DNA of 64,000 nt from Octopus vulgaris (Eukaryota): assembly GCA_951406725.2 (NCBI GenBank), contig OX597828.1, positions 16,554,001 to 16,618,000 of the forward strand, in the 5' to 3' direction. Within the stretch, counting starts at the first letter, position 1; every line of letters starts with the position of its first letter. A program made the translations under genes and the position numbers. Below, one piece after another: positions 1 through 15,059 of this stretch. The notes under the pieces are model-generated. The model had not been told where the DNA came from. It saw only the letters and a list, made by a program, of their open reading frames with translations, and did no database searches.

Positions 1-113
1 TGGGGGTATCACTAAAAGAAACACAAAGCAGAAGAACTGGCTCAGGTACGAACACATACTGACAAAGCAGACGCGCGCGCAGACAGACACACACTCAAAC
101 ATACACGAATATA

Positions 114-145
<32 letters not shown>

Positions 146-236
146 CATGGCAGTGTCTAAGTATATCTACACGCATAAACACGTACACATAGACACTCAC
201 ACACACAGATACGCATACACACTCAAACATACACGA

Positions 237-324
<88 letters not shown>

Positions 325-412
325 CAAACGCACAAACACGCACACAAAGACAAAGACACGCACACACTAACACACTAATACACACACATACACACATGTG
401 TATAGTATATAG

Positions 413-640
413 TACTCTTTACTCTTTTACTCTTTTACTTGTTTCGGTCATTTGACTGCGGCCATGCTGGAGCACCGCCTTTAATCGAGCAACTCGACCC
501 CGTGACTTATTCTTTTGTAAGCCCAGTACTTATTCTATCGGTCTCTTTTGCCGAACCGCTAAGTAACGGCGACATAAACACACTAGCATCGGTTGTCAAG
601 CAATGCTAGGGGGACAAACACAGACACACAAACACACACA

Positions 641-678
<38 letters not shown>

Positions 679-840
679 TACGACGGGCTTCTTTCAGTTT
701 CCCTCTACCAAATCCACTCACAAGGCTTTGGTCAGCCCAAGGCTATAGTAGAAGACACTTGCCCAAGGTGCCACGCAGTGGGACTGAACCCGGAACCATG
801 TGGTTGGTAAACAAGCTACTTACCACACAGCCACTCCTGC
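413..840 (-). mobile_element. Near full-length tRNA-derived SINE with central microsatellite (family A)
   Basis: Minus strand: pol III A/B-box-like head (TGGCTGTGTGG...GGTTCAGTCCC), CORE-like CTTGGGCAAGTGTCTT, internal (TA)n/(TG)n, (AGTAAAAG)n tail. More than 10 related copies in the window. Confidence 0.9.
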
Positions 841-873
<33 letters not shown>

Positions 874-1253
874 TGTATGTATGTATATAATATGTAAATA
901 TATGTATGTTTGTGTGTATATCTATATAAATAAAAGAGAAACTCTGTGCGTGTGTGTGTGTGGGGGGGGGGGTGAGCGTGCGTGTGTGTGCGTGTGTTAG
1001 CAAGTTCGAAGGTTTATAACTCGAGTTGCACCCTACCAATTAGATTGAAATTTCAGACATGCATTTGGTATGTTCTGAGCTATGTTTTAGCCATAACAAT
1101 TGCTTCCATCAATGTTCGGTTTTCGCAAAAACTCGATCGATAATTATCTATTTTTTTCAAAAAGTCGTCCGATTTTGATCAAACTTGACATACCCATGCA
1201 AAGATTTTCGTTTCGATATTATTTCAAATATGTATTAGGTAATATTCCGAGGC

Positions 1254-1304
<51 letters not shown>

Positions 1305-1333
1305 TTATATATATATATATATACATTTATATA

Positions 1334-1372
<39 letters not shown>

Positions 1373-1757
1373 TATGCATATGTATCTCTAATTTATTTAC
1401 GATTGGTTTACGCTAATGGACATTGGAAAGCGTTTTTGCATATCGCAGCCATGAAATCGTAGGTTACAGGGTTGTCCATAGTATTTTTATAAATCCTTTC
1501 TGTCCATTTTCTTCGTATACAGCCTTGTGGTATTTGAGTAATAATTCAAGTGGTTTACAGTCCATTTGTAGTCTATTTCTAGCGTACAGACGTTGTCAAT
1601 GCAGCGCCCTTTACTATAATTAAATTTTTATAATTATACTTAGATATAAATTAACCAATATGATCTTGATGGTAGGCTGGTCAATGATAAATCATTAAAT
1701 AACGAATGACTTTATCCTAATTATGTCCATATATCGATATATCTATGTACACACACA

Positions 1758-1791
<34 letters not shown>

Positions 1792-1811
1792 TGTGGGATT
1801 GTTCATTTTCT

Positions 1812-2370
1812 TTTATCTTTTTACTTGTTCCACTCATTGGACTGCGGCCTTGCTTGTGCCTTCAGAGGTTTAGTTGAACATATCGGCCCCATTACGTATG
1901 TGGTAAGTCTGGTCCTTAATCAATCGTTTTGGGTTTATTTTTTTTTTTTTGCCGAGACCCAAGCTTGCGGAATCGTAAACCTAGCCGATACTCGTTGTAA
2001 AGTGTTGCTGGAGGACAAAGACAAGCAGCAAAAATACGCACTCCCTACACACAAACACACAAACGCACACAGACAAACACGCAAACGTACACACACACAA
2101 ACGCATACACACATAAACACATACACATACACAAACACAAAAATGCACACACACTCAAACACAAACACGCACACACACAAACAAACACGTAAACGCACAA
2201 ACACACACACACACAAACGCACACACACACACATACACACATATATACTGCACAATGTTTCCGTTAACTAATTTCTATAACATAATCGAACACTCTGGGT
2301 CAAGGTGCCGCGCAATGGCACAGAACCCGAAACCATGTGGTCCAAAAGCATATCTCTTAGGCGCACAGCT
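1812..2370 (-). mobile_element. Degenerate family A SINE
   Basis: Patchy matches to tail (ttttacttgtt..cattggactgcggcc) and head (caaggtgccgcgcaatgg..gaacccgaaaccatgtgg) around an expanded CA-rich centre. Confidence 0.6.
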
Positions 2371-2487
2371 GTGACTACATACATACATATCTATATGTGT
2401 GTATATATATGAGCATATACATATAATATTATACTGTTTCGTGATGGTAATATTAACAAAAATGTACCCCATCTGGTGAGAAATCGA

Positions 2488-2679
2488 TATTGCTTAATAA
2501 GCACAATACATAGTTTCATGCGATGAAGATATCTCAGGCAGCATTTTTAACATGTCCCGGTGCTTTCTCGCAATCCATGTCGGCATGGTCTGAGGATCTT
2601 GTCAGTGATGTTTTCATCGCATGAAACTTTTAGTAGGTAAAAAAAAAAAAAAAATACATACTGTGTTTATTAAATAATA
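2488..2679. repeat. Diverged inverted repeat with hammerhead half-motif
   Basis: agtttcatgcgatgaagatatc (2512-2533) pairs with gatgttttcatcgcatgaaact (2607-2628); outer arms at about 2488-2508 and 2659-2679. Confidence 0.65.
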
Positions 2680-2713
2680 CACACACGCACATACACAAAC
2701 GTATATTTCTGTT

Positions 2714-3097
<384 letters not shown>

Positions 3098-3489
3098 AAA
3101 TATTGTTTCTGTTGTTAAATTGCTGGGATGGTTACTATTTCGTTTCGTTGATTTATACATGTTCTCTCGTACTGTATAACAATGGAATGCAATACGCATA
3201 ACAAATCTAATATCAAATTTTCAATCTCGCTGCAATGAAAGTGTTAGATATAATAATATACACATCTACTATATTGTAACCCCTTATGAGGTAGTTTATA
3301 AGGAAGATATTTGCTAACATGTATAAGTGTAAATGGAGCTGTTTGCCTGTTTTCTGACCGCACGCATGACAACGAGTTGCTTACAATCATCGGAACACTC
3401 AAAATTGAATTAAAAACGATATAGTCTACGATACATTATAGTAAATGTTCTGCTTTCTTGGGAGAATCATTCTACAAATAAGATACCGG

Positions 3490-3490
<1 letters not shown>

Positions 3491-3547
<57 letters not shown>

Positions 3548-3554
3548 GCTGCTG

Positions 3555-3613
<59 letters not shown>

Positions 3614-3620
3614 GCTGCTG
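3491..3620. repeat. (TAC)n microsatellite
   Basis: Trinucleotide run grading into (TGC)n. Confidence 0.95.
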
Positions 3621-3965
3621 CTACCGCTGTTGCTGCTGCTGGTCCTGTTTTTGTTCCTGTTGTTGCTGCTGCTATTAGTATTGTTATCATTATTCAAATA
3701 ATTGATCAGTTAACTAAATGATTGTACGATTAATCTTTCGACCAATCAATAAACCACTCATTCACTCGCTCACTCACTCGCTCACTCGCTCACTCACTCA
3801 CTCACTCGCTCAGTCACTCACTCACTCAACCAATCAATGAATTAATCAACTGGTTTGTCAGAATCCTTTCATCACAATTTGCGACTATATGAATGGCATA
3901 CTCTCGCTTTCCCCTTTCCTTAGATCTGTCGTTAAGATAGAATGTTGCAAAACAAAAGAAAAATA

Positions 3966-4051
<86 letters not shown>

Positions 4052-4052
<1 letters not shown>

Positions 4053-4532
4053 GCAATAATAATTCTCTAAAAGAGATATAGACAGTAACTGCTCGATAAC
4101 ATAAGGGACTAAAGCCATCTGAATATGGCTAGGGACAGGGCAGGGTGGTGGGGGTGTTACTGTTGCATTTAGCCCCAGGCGAACATCGACGTCACCAGAA
4201 AGGCCCGACACCGTCACGGTGTCCTTAACCTGCAAAGGGAGGTAATTCCCCGATGAAGCGGAAACCACACACGGACCATGGTTTCAAGGTGTATTGCCTA
4301 TCGTCGGCGTGTGGTAGGCTTCCGCTTCCTCGACGAATTCTCACTCTGCAGGATATTCATATATAGATTTTCAAGCAAAATACATTTGCTGATTTCGAAA
4401 ATCTGTTCGAAAGCAATAATAATTCTCTAAAAGAGATATAGACAGTAACTGCTCGATAACATAAGGGACTAAAGCCATCTGAATATGGCTAGGGACAGGG
4501 CAGGGTGGTGGGGGTGTTACTGTTGCATTTAG
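4052..4532. repeat. 121-bp identical direct repeat, period 360 bp
   Basis: 4052-4172 equals 4412-4532; structured, relatively GC-rich spacer. Confidence 0.95.
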
Positions 4533-4540
4533 TAACAACA

Positions 4541-5112
4541 ATTGACAGAAACTGAAAGAAGCCTGTCCTATGTATGTATATATATACTAGCAGTATCACC
4601 CGGCGTTGCTCGGGTATGTAAGGGAAATAACTATATAAGCATTTTTGGAGATATAAAGTATAATAGACATCTCAATATGGCTAACCACAAGGAGGGGGTG
4701 TTACTGTAGCATTTTACGTCCTGAGATTTAATAATAAATTTTTAGAGAGTTACTTCCCTTATATATGCCAAAAATGCCTTAAAAATGGGAAAAAATGATG
4801 GTAATTTTTTTTTTAATCGTAGACTCATCGTAGACGCGCGCTAATACCCAGAAGGGCTCGATATGAATCACGACTATAAGATACCCGGTTTTGGTTAAAC
4901 TGCACTGCAAAAGGTGGGAGTAGTTAGGAATCTAAATCGTAGGAGACAGACAACACACAACCTCACTTTTATATATAAAGATATCTATGTGTGTCTTTGT
5001 GTCAGTTTTTGTTCTCCCCCACCGCTTGACAACCGGTGTTGGTGTGTTTACGTCCCCGTAACGAAGCGGTTCCGCAAAGAGACCGATAGAATAAGTGCCA
5101 GCCTGAAGAATA
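4541..5112 (+). mobile_element. Partial family A SINE split by a Helitron
   Basis: gaaactgaaagaagcctgtc before 4570 and the 3' half (ccgcttgacaaccggtgttgg...gaccgatagaataag) after 4988. Confidence 0.8.
4587..4981 (-). mobile_element. Non-autonomous Helitron
   Basis: Minus strand starts A|TC at 4981 and ends CTAG|T at 4587, with a subterminal GC hairpin (cccgagcaacgccggg); inserted at an AT site without a TSD. Confidence 0.85.
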
Positions 5113-5306
5113 AACAAATAAATAAATACTGAGGTTGATTCCTTCCACAAAAACCGTCTAATGAATAGAAAAAAAATAAAAGACCACCGCCCACGATGGC
5201 ACGCAATGATTTTCAACGCGGAACCATGTGATTGGGAAACAAATTTCTTACCATAGAACCATGCCTGTGCCTCTATGTATACGCAATACATGCTACATAG
5301 TAGTTT

Positions 5307-5384
<78 letters not shown>

Positions 5385-5617
5385 CACAGACACACATGCG
5401 CGCGTACGACAGATTCTGTGTGTAGGAATGGTTTTATCTGAGAAGACAATGTATATGTATACGTAAGCACACATATAATAAAACAGTGAAGAATACACCC
5501 ACACACCCACACATATATACATACAGACATGCATATAAATACACACATACACAGACATATAAATATATATATATCTGTACGCCGACACACAGGCACACAT
5601 ATACATACATATACATA

Positions 5618-5721
<104 letters not shown>

Positions 5722-5739
5722 TGTATGTATGTATGTATG

Positions 5740-5786
<47 letters not shown>

Positions 5787-5830
5787 ATATGCATTTATTC
5801 ATGCCTGAGTACATGTGATGCATATATACA

Positions 5831-5864
<34 letters not shown>

Positions 5865-6067
5865 CATACATACATGCATGGTCGTACACATCCTTGCATA
5901 CTTGCGCGTGTATATACAGTCATACGAACGTACGTACTTAGATCCAATACACGTCAGTTTATCGGCAAACATTCTGTGTAAACACGTTCCATTGCGTACG
6001 TATATGTACTTACTCGTGCCTGTGTCTGTATTTAGATATGCATGTAGGTATGTATGTGTGTGTTTGC

Positions 6068-6100
<33 letters not shown>

Positions 6101-6200
6101 GAGGGCCGTAACTTGGCTTAACTGAAAACTCGTTTCTAATTCTCCACTATACTTCGATTATTGTCTTCCCTCTTCCTCTCTTTCTGTGAATATATGCACT

Positions 6201-6248
<48 letters not shown>

Positions 6249-7671
6249 CACATACACGCATAGATATGTAAATATGCATATACACACACGCACAAATACA
6301 TACATACACACACATATACATATGTATATATATGTGTGTGTGTGTGTGTGTGTATATGTATATATGTATGTGTGTGTATGTATACATATATATATGTATA
6401 TGTGTATATATATGTATATACATGTGTATATGTACATATATATATATATATGTGTGTGTATACATATATATTTATGTATGTATGCGTATATTTATCTATA
6501 TATCTATGTGTGTTTATGTATACATATATACTCGATAACGAGGGGGCAGCCACGATATATATGTATATGTGTATATGTATATATGTATATATATGTGTAT
6601 ATGTATGTATATATATATATACACACAATTTTGTGTATATGTTCATATATGTGTGTGTGTGTCTGTGAATGCTTCAATGTGTGTATGTGAATGTATATAG
6701 GTATGCACATGTGCATGTGTATGTTTGTGTATATGTATGTGTGGCTTCGTCGGCCGGCAAAACTGCTTAAACTACAGTATTTATGGTTGGTAGATCAGAG
6801 CCAGTGGAAAACCTGGGTAAACAATATTTACTCCGTAGTCGTATTGACTTATTCCTGTTTCGGCAGGAAAAACAAATCAACAAAAGGAGAGCAAAGAAAT
6901 AATAAAATGAAAGAAAACTAAAAAGAACCCCCTTCCTCCTAAAAAAAAATGTAAACATCGGTTGAAATTGCTTAGGAACGATTTGAAGCAACTCATCATT
7001 GTTGACAAAGTGTTTTCATAGAGTTGAAGTCAGCGGTACCTCCTGCGGGCTTAACACATGCGCAGACCGGCGTTAAACGATCTGGAATACAGAGCAACAA
7101 CAATAGCAACAAATACGATAAAAGAAAATGTAACAGTAACAACAAGTAAAAGGGCAACAGCTACCGCCATAGCAAGAGTAGGAAGAACGAAAACAATGAC
7201 AAGTTTAATAGGAAAAATAGGAGAAAAAAAGTAAAGAACAAAGACCAATGACTATAATATTAGCAACATTAGCAATAACAAAAAAGCGATTATTACAGTA
7301 ACAACAACAATAACTACAACAACAACAGCAAAGGTAAGAACAAAACCAATAGAAATAACAAGAACAGCAGCGCCAACAGTGAAACAAAAGGCGATGGTAA
7401 CTACATTTGAACAGCTACAATAACAACGTTAGCAACAACAAAGACTAATGATAAACAGAAAAGCAGCGGCAGCAATAATGCTACCAAGAATAACAATAAT
7501 AGCAACATTAATGAGTACGGAAGCAATAACTGCTACGGTATTAACAATAGCAGCAACTACAATCACGTTAGCAACAGCAACGATAAGAATAACAAGATCA
7601 TCGATAAAGCTACGTAGGAAATGACAACTGTACGAGTGACAATAGCAACACCAAGAGAAGTAAGCCTTTCC

Positions 7672-7880
7672 CATATAGGCACAAGGCCTGAAATTTGAGA
7701 GGATGTGGGGCTACTTGACTACATTGACTCAAGTATTTGGTTGATAATTATTTTAGCCACCCCAAAAGGATGAAAGGCAAAGTGCACCTCGGCAGAATTT
7801 GAATTCAGCACGTATGAAAGGGCGAAATGCGGCTAAGCAGTTTCTTCGCTGGGCTAACGATTCGGCCGGCTTGCTGTCTT
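7672..7880 (-). mobile_element. tRNA-derived SINE family B (degenerate)
   Basis: aaggatgaaaggcaaagt..cctcggcagaatttgaa core shared with the copies at 13430 and 31520-31950. Confidence 0.75.
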
Positions 7881-8329
7881 AATACAATGATAACAATGAT
7901 ATCGCTAATAGCGATATCATTCTATCAGCTCGCCGCCTTAGTAACAAAAAAATAGCAACAACAATAGTCAGTCAGAAAGCATTAGCAACCAAAGATAAGA
8001 AACACCAATACAGTTAGCAGCAATAACAGCAGAAATTGCAACAATAACATGACGAATCGTGATAGCAACAGCGACAACAAAACCAAGGAAAACTACGGTT
8101 GCTATAATAGCAACATAGCATTGTATGAAAGAAAAACACGTTAGCAACTACAACAGTAAACGTTGCAACAAAGATCATAATATAATAACAACAGCAATTA
8201 CAACTACTACAGATACCACAAATAGTGAGAGCAATAGCAATATCAACAAAAGTAACTACAGCGTTAGCAACAATAAGGCATCATTAACGACACATACAAT
8301 AATTGCCGCTGCTACTGCTGCTGCTGCTG

Positions 8330-8398
<69 letters not shown>

Positions 8399-8856
8399 AT
8401 ACCACTACTACTACTACAACTACTACTGCTGATGCTCCTATTACTACTACTACGGCACTGCTCCTCCCCTCCAATAACAACAATTGGCGTCACGAAGATT
8501 GCAACGACATGTTTTGTATGTGTGTCCGTGTGTGCGTATGTGTGCGTGTGCGTTTGTGTGTGTGTGTGTGTCTCAGTGTGTATGTGGACGTATGCGTGAA
8601 AACAAATTTAATAGATACACCTGTGCTTCATAATACTTGTCTAAACCCATCCGAAAACGAGGTATTTTCCCCCCTGAAAGTGTTTACTGAATAATTACAA
8701 AATAATTAGAAGAATGGCTGCAATGTCTATGGAAAGGGATGAGGACAAAGCTGAAGGAATTTGTAGTTTATACAACATAGCAGATGTGTATATGTTACGT
8801 TAATCCGGGCTATAAGCCTTTAGTTCGAGATATGAGATATTCTATGTATCTGTTGA

Positions 8857-9183
8857 AGGCACTTGGCTCAGTGCGTCGGGCTCACAATCATGATGTCGTG
8901 AATTCGATTCCTGGACCGGGCTGTGTATAATGTTCTTGAGCAAGACACTTTATTTCACGTTGCTCCAGTTCACTCAGCTGTAGAAATGAGTTGCGACGTC
9001 ACTGGTGCCAAGCTGTATCAGTCTTTGCCTTTCCATTGGACAACATCAGTGGCAGGGAGAGGAGAGGCTGGTATGCATGGGCGAGTGTTGCTCTTCCATA
9101 TGCAACCTTGCTCGGACTTGTGCCTCGGAGGGGAACTTTCTAGGTGCAATCTCATGGTCATTCATGACCGAAGCGGCTCTTTA
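8857..9183 (+). mobile_element. tRNA-derived SINE family C head with an alternative tail
   Basis: B box ttcgattcctgg and gttcttgagcaagacactttatttcacgttgctccagttcactcagctg match the copies at 32372-32882; the 3' part differs. Confidence 0.8.
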
Positions 9184-9887
9184 TGTACATATTTCAAGGC
9201 TGTGTCCCAAAAAGGCCGCGGTCCAAAAACTGAAACAAGTTATAGATTAAAAGAACCAAGACAATGTTTTTCTTGTGTAACACCTTCAAATGTTCATTGT
9301 ATTTACATTCCCCATACATATACACGGACACAGACACACAAATGTACATACATGTATACACACTCAAACACATACACGCACATATATGAACATAGCCGTC
9401 ATTCGCAAGGTGTGTGACTTGATGGCAGGTACGATGGCTTCGTCAATTGTTTTAGATCTCTATAGAATCGTGAACAGACATAAACAGCTCTTTGAAAATC
9501 ATGTTCTTGATTTAGCGGAACAAGGAAAATCTGAGAGCTGGAGGGAGAAGGCTGCACATCCACTCATCTAGTATTTATTTTAGCTGTGTAGAACAAAATG
9601 CCACCCACAATGACACACAACATCACACAGTCCTGGAATCGAAAACTGATCTTATTATAATCGCTGGTCCAACACTTCTAATTACTAGGTCACTTGCAAG
9701 AGTGAGCAACAAACGAAAGAAAGTAGAATGCGTAGGGGCACGACCATCTCATCAGATGTTAAGAAAAGCTGATGTTGAGGACGTGTCCTACGCCCACGAA
9801 ACCGAAACTTTAAGTAATGTAGAGTTGAGTCAAACTGGTATCATGCATACGCGTTGGTGTGTGTGTGAGACTCTCTCTATCTCCATG

Positions 9888-9941
<54 letters not shown>

Positions 9942-10534
9942 TATACACACACACACACATATATATATATACACACATATGTACATGTGAATACTTATGC
10001 GTATGTTTAAATAAGCGTGCATGTATGATGACTTTCATGGATGATAAAATTAATCTCGTTTTCATGCGCACACCCGACACCGCCAACACAGGCATATGAT
10101 AACAGTGTGACACATATGTGTATAAACACACACACACACATATACATACATACACCTACACACATATATATGCATGTATACATAGAAATATATATATTTA
10201 TATATGCGCATGTGTATATATAATCTTTCTATACACGCATACACAATACACGTGATTGCATACATGTATGTCTTCACACACGCATACATACACCCACTCA
10301 TTTCGTATAAAGACGCAAAGAAACAAAAGTGCTTCGCGGGGGTAGTGGCAATGGTGGCGGAGGTGGTGGTGGTGGTGAGTAATGATGGTAGTAGTAGTAG
10401 TAGTGAAGGCAATGACAACGACGACGACGACGACGACGGGAATACAACGATGGTGATGGTGTTGGCGGTATTGTGAAGGGTATGTAGTGATAGAAACTCA
10501 TTAGAAATAGACAGTTGTAGAAAGAGGGAAATGC

Positions 10535-10538
<4 letters not shown>

Positions 10539-10600
<62 letters not shown>

Positions 10601-10850
10601 AGAAGAAGAAGAAGAAGAAGAAGAAGAAGAAGAAGAAGAAGAAGAAGAAGAAGAAGAAGAAGAAGAAGAAAGAGAAGAAAAAGGAGAAAGAGAAGAAGAA
10701 GAAAGAGAAGAAAAAGGAGAAAGAGAAGAAGAAGAAAGAGAAGAAAAAGGAGAAAGAGAAGAAAAAGAAATAGAAGAAGAAGAAGAAGAAAGAGAAGAAG
10801 AAGAAAAAGAAAGAGAAGAAAAAGAAAGAGAAGAAGAAGAAGAAAGAGAG
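10539..10850. repeat. Compound (AG)n-(GAA)n purine tract
   Basis: About 310 bp of almost pure purine. Confidence 0.95.
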
Positions 10851-11569
10851 GTAGCTGGATAGAGGTAGGGAAAGGGTGAGACAGTGAGAGCTAGGTTGCT
10901 CGGGGAAAATAAATAAGATAGAATTACTAAACTAGCATTAAACAGCTATAACCACAACATCAAAAAATGGTGCCTTGGTGGTGGTGGTGGTGGTGGTATT
11001 AGCAGTAGGGGTGGTGGTAGCGGCAGTGTCGAAGTTTATAGTGGCGGCCGGGACTTCAAGAGTTGACGAGAGAAGAAATAGCGAGTTTGCTTATTCACAA
11101 AGTCGTTCTGTTCGGTCGCTCTCTCTCTCTGGCTGCCTGGCTGGCTGGTTGGCTGGTTGGTTGGTTGACTGGCTGGCTGGTTGGTTGGTTTCTTGGTTGG
11201 TGAAGTTTCTGGCTATGATTTTGTAGACGTAATAATAATACCGAAGGTGGAGCGGAGCGGTGTCAGTGTTGGCGGTGGCGGTGGCGGTGGCGGCGGTGCT
11301 GCTGTCAGTGTGACATTCTATGGCAGAGGGGGTAGGAAAGACGGTATTTGGAGGTTAGATGCTGGTGGGTAGGCAGGTAGGTGGCGACAAACATTGACGG
11401 GTTTTACAGCCTACTCGGGTGTCTAAACAGAAGTGACAATATGGCTGCCGTTGAATTTTTGTGTCAAGCGAGATAAATAGCTTCTTGATAACGCCTCGTA
11501 TTTAATTATTTATTACTATTATTAGATGCAATTATCATTATTATTACTAGTAATATTACTGTTCCTATT

Positions 11570-12420
<851 letters not shown>

Positions 12421-13429
12421 CCATCCCCGCCATCGTCTTACTCCCATAATTATCCTCGTACCGCGCGTTTTAATTGGTCATGCTTGGTCCGCTTGTCTGC
12501 ATGCCTGTCTGTCTTTGCCTGTCTCCAAGTGTCCAGGGTTCTTCATTATAATTGTTTGCCAAATGATGAATAGCAGCCCTAGTAACCTGGAAAATATTCA
12601 TTCATACACACACACACGCACACACACACACGCACACACGCACACACACGCACCCACACACACACGCACACACACGCACACACACACACACACATACATA
12701 CATACTTATATTCATACATACATGCATACATATATACATACATACATGCACATGTGCAAATATGCATACTTATGCACATACGCACATACATACATACATG
12801 CATGCATATGTACATATGTACATACTTATATGCACATACATACATATACACATGCATGTATAATGCACATACATACTACTTACATGGATACATGCATAAA
12901 TACACACATACAGACATACTTACACTCGTAGATACATACATACATACACATGTGCATATATACATACATATGTACATACGCGCATACATGCATACGTACA
13001 TAATTATATGCACATACATATATACATATTTGCATGGATACATGAACATACATACATACATGTACACACACAGAGACACACAGACACACACACATACATA
13101 CATACATACACACATACATACATACATACGAACATACATAGATACATGCACACTACTTACGTGGATGCATACATAAATACACACATACATACATTCACAT
13201 GTACATCTATGTATACATATGTACATACCCGCACACATACATATATACATACATGCGTAATACTTATATGCACATACATACATGCATACTTGCACATACA
13301 TACATGTACACACACACACACACACACACACATACACACACACACACACACAAAATATTTCACAAGCGTTAAGTTAATGCTTTGAGCTTGAATACGAAAT
13401 GCAGAACATGAAAAAAAATATGGACATCA

Positions 13430-13630
13430 AATTTTGGCAGAAGGCCAGCAATTTCGGTGGTGGGAGCTGGTCGATTGCATCGACCCCAGTTGGTACCTAT
13501 ATTATCGACCCCGAAAGGATGTGAAGCAAAGTCGTCCTCCACGGAATTTGAACTCAGAACAAGAAAACAGACGAAATGCTCCTAGGCATTTTTTCCTGCC
13601 TCGCTAACCCTTTTATCAATTCTCCGCCTT
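13430..13630 (-). mobile_element. SINE family B
   Basis: gtcgattgcatcgaccccagt..atcgaccccgaaaggatg..ggaatttgaactcagaac..ccgcct. Confidence 0.8.
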
Positions 13631-14025
13631 CACGTGATTGAAAAAACTAATTGCTAACACCGACATGGCATTTCGCTTTAAAGCAAAAATGTACTACAGA
13701 GACTATTGAAGGTTTAAAAGTTAATAGTGTGTTTTAATTTTGTGTTAGCAGTGTGATGTTCTCATTCTTAAGTTTATCTTTTCAGATTTTTTTATAGCGT
13801 TCTGTGCCAACAGTAAAAGTTATGATGTTTCATAAATGAATATGTATATGGAGACAATGCGATCGAAGACAGAAGGTAACTAATGTGTGTATATGCACAC
13901 ATTATTGCACTGATGAAAGTGCAATAACTCTTGAAATATGTTTGTACATCCTAGTAACTCAGTAAACTGTTCTCAAAACATATAAAACGTCCCTTCACAC
14001 ATGCGTGTGTACATGTTTGTTTATA

Positions 14026-14192
14026 GGCGTGGATGTGTGGTAAGAAGCTTCCTTCCCAACCACATGGTTCCGGGTCCACTCCCACTGCGTGGCACCTTGG
14101 CGAGTGTCTCCTACTATAGCCTCAGGCCGACCAAAGCCTTTGGAGATAAAAGTATAAATGAAATTGTATTGTCATCCTAGTAACTCAGTAAA

Positions 14193-14275
<83 letters not shown>

Positions 14276-14470
14276 TGTGTGTGTATGTGTGTGTTTGTGT
14301 CTGTGTTTGTTACCCCGTCATCGCTTGACAACCGATATTGGTACGTTTACGTTCCTGTAACTTGGTTCGGCCAAAGAGAACGATAGAATATGTACTAGGC
14401 TTACAAAGAATAAGTCCAAAGAATACAAAGAATACTCCAGCATGGCCACAGTTAAAATGACTGAAACAAT
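14026..14470 (+). mobile_element. Rearranged family A SINE
   Basis: Head 14026-14141, foreign 55 bp, microsatellite, 3' half; part of the 3' half is repeated at about 14570-14675. Confidence 0.8.
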
Positions 14471-14476
14471 GCTATG

Positions 14477-14512
<36 letters not shown>

Positions 14513-14817
14513 TATAAATTATTAGAGAGTTATCCACTATGTGGATGTGTGTTGTGTGTATGTGTGTGTGTGTGTATGTGTGTGTTTGTGTCTGTGTTTG
14601 TTACCCCGTCATCGCTTGACAACCGATATTGGTACGTTTACGTTCCTGTAACTTGGTTCGGCCAAAGAGAACGATTTTAGAATAGAGTTATCCACATAGT
14701 GGATAACTCTCTAATAATTTATGTATAAATTTGTATTTCCTCCGTAGTTTTTTGTGCTAAGCCACTTGGTGTTAAATTGACGGTATTATTAAATTAATAT
14801 CGATTTTTCACCCTCAT

Positions 14818-14865
<48 letters not shown>

Positions 14866-14868
<3 letters not shown>

Positions 14869-14997
14869 GACTGGCTTCTTTTAGTTTCGTCTACCAAATC
14901 AACACAGAAGGCCTTCGTCGGCCCGAGGCTAAAGTACAAGACACTTGCCCATAGTGCCACGCAGTGGGACTGAACCCTGAACCATATGCTTGGGGAG
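14866..14997 (-). mobile_element. Family A SINE 5'-half fragment
   Basis: gacacttgccc..gtgccacgcagtgggactgaacc between (TA)n tracts. Confidence 0.8.

Positions 14998-15059
<62 letters not shown>

Noticed and set aside
1030-1250. Motifs such as ccgattttgatcaaacttg resembling MITE or Helentron internal sequence
   Set aside because: No termini could be defined.
4229-4352. SECIS-like hairpin (ATGA...AAA)
   Set aside because: The opposing GA of the non-Watson-Crick quartet and the helix spacing do not fit.
7080-8460. AAC/AGC-rich stretch resembling mucin-like coding DNA
   Set aside because: Frequent stops, SINE interruption, decayed trinucleotide repeats.
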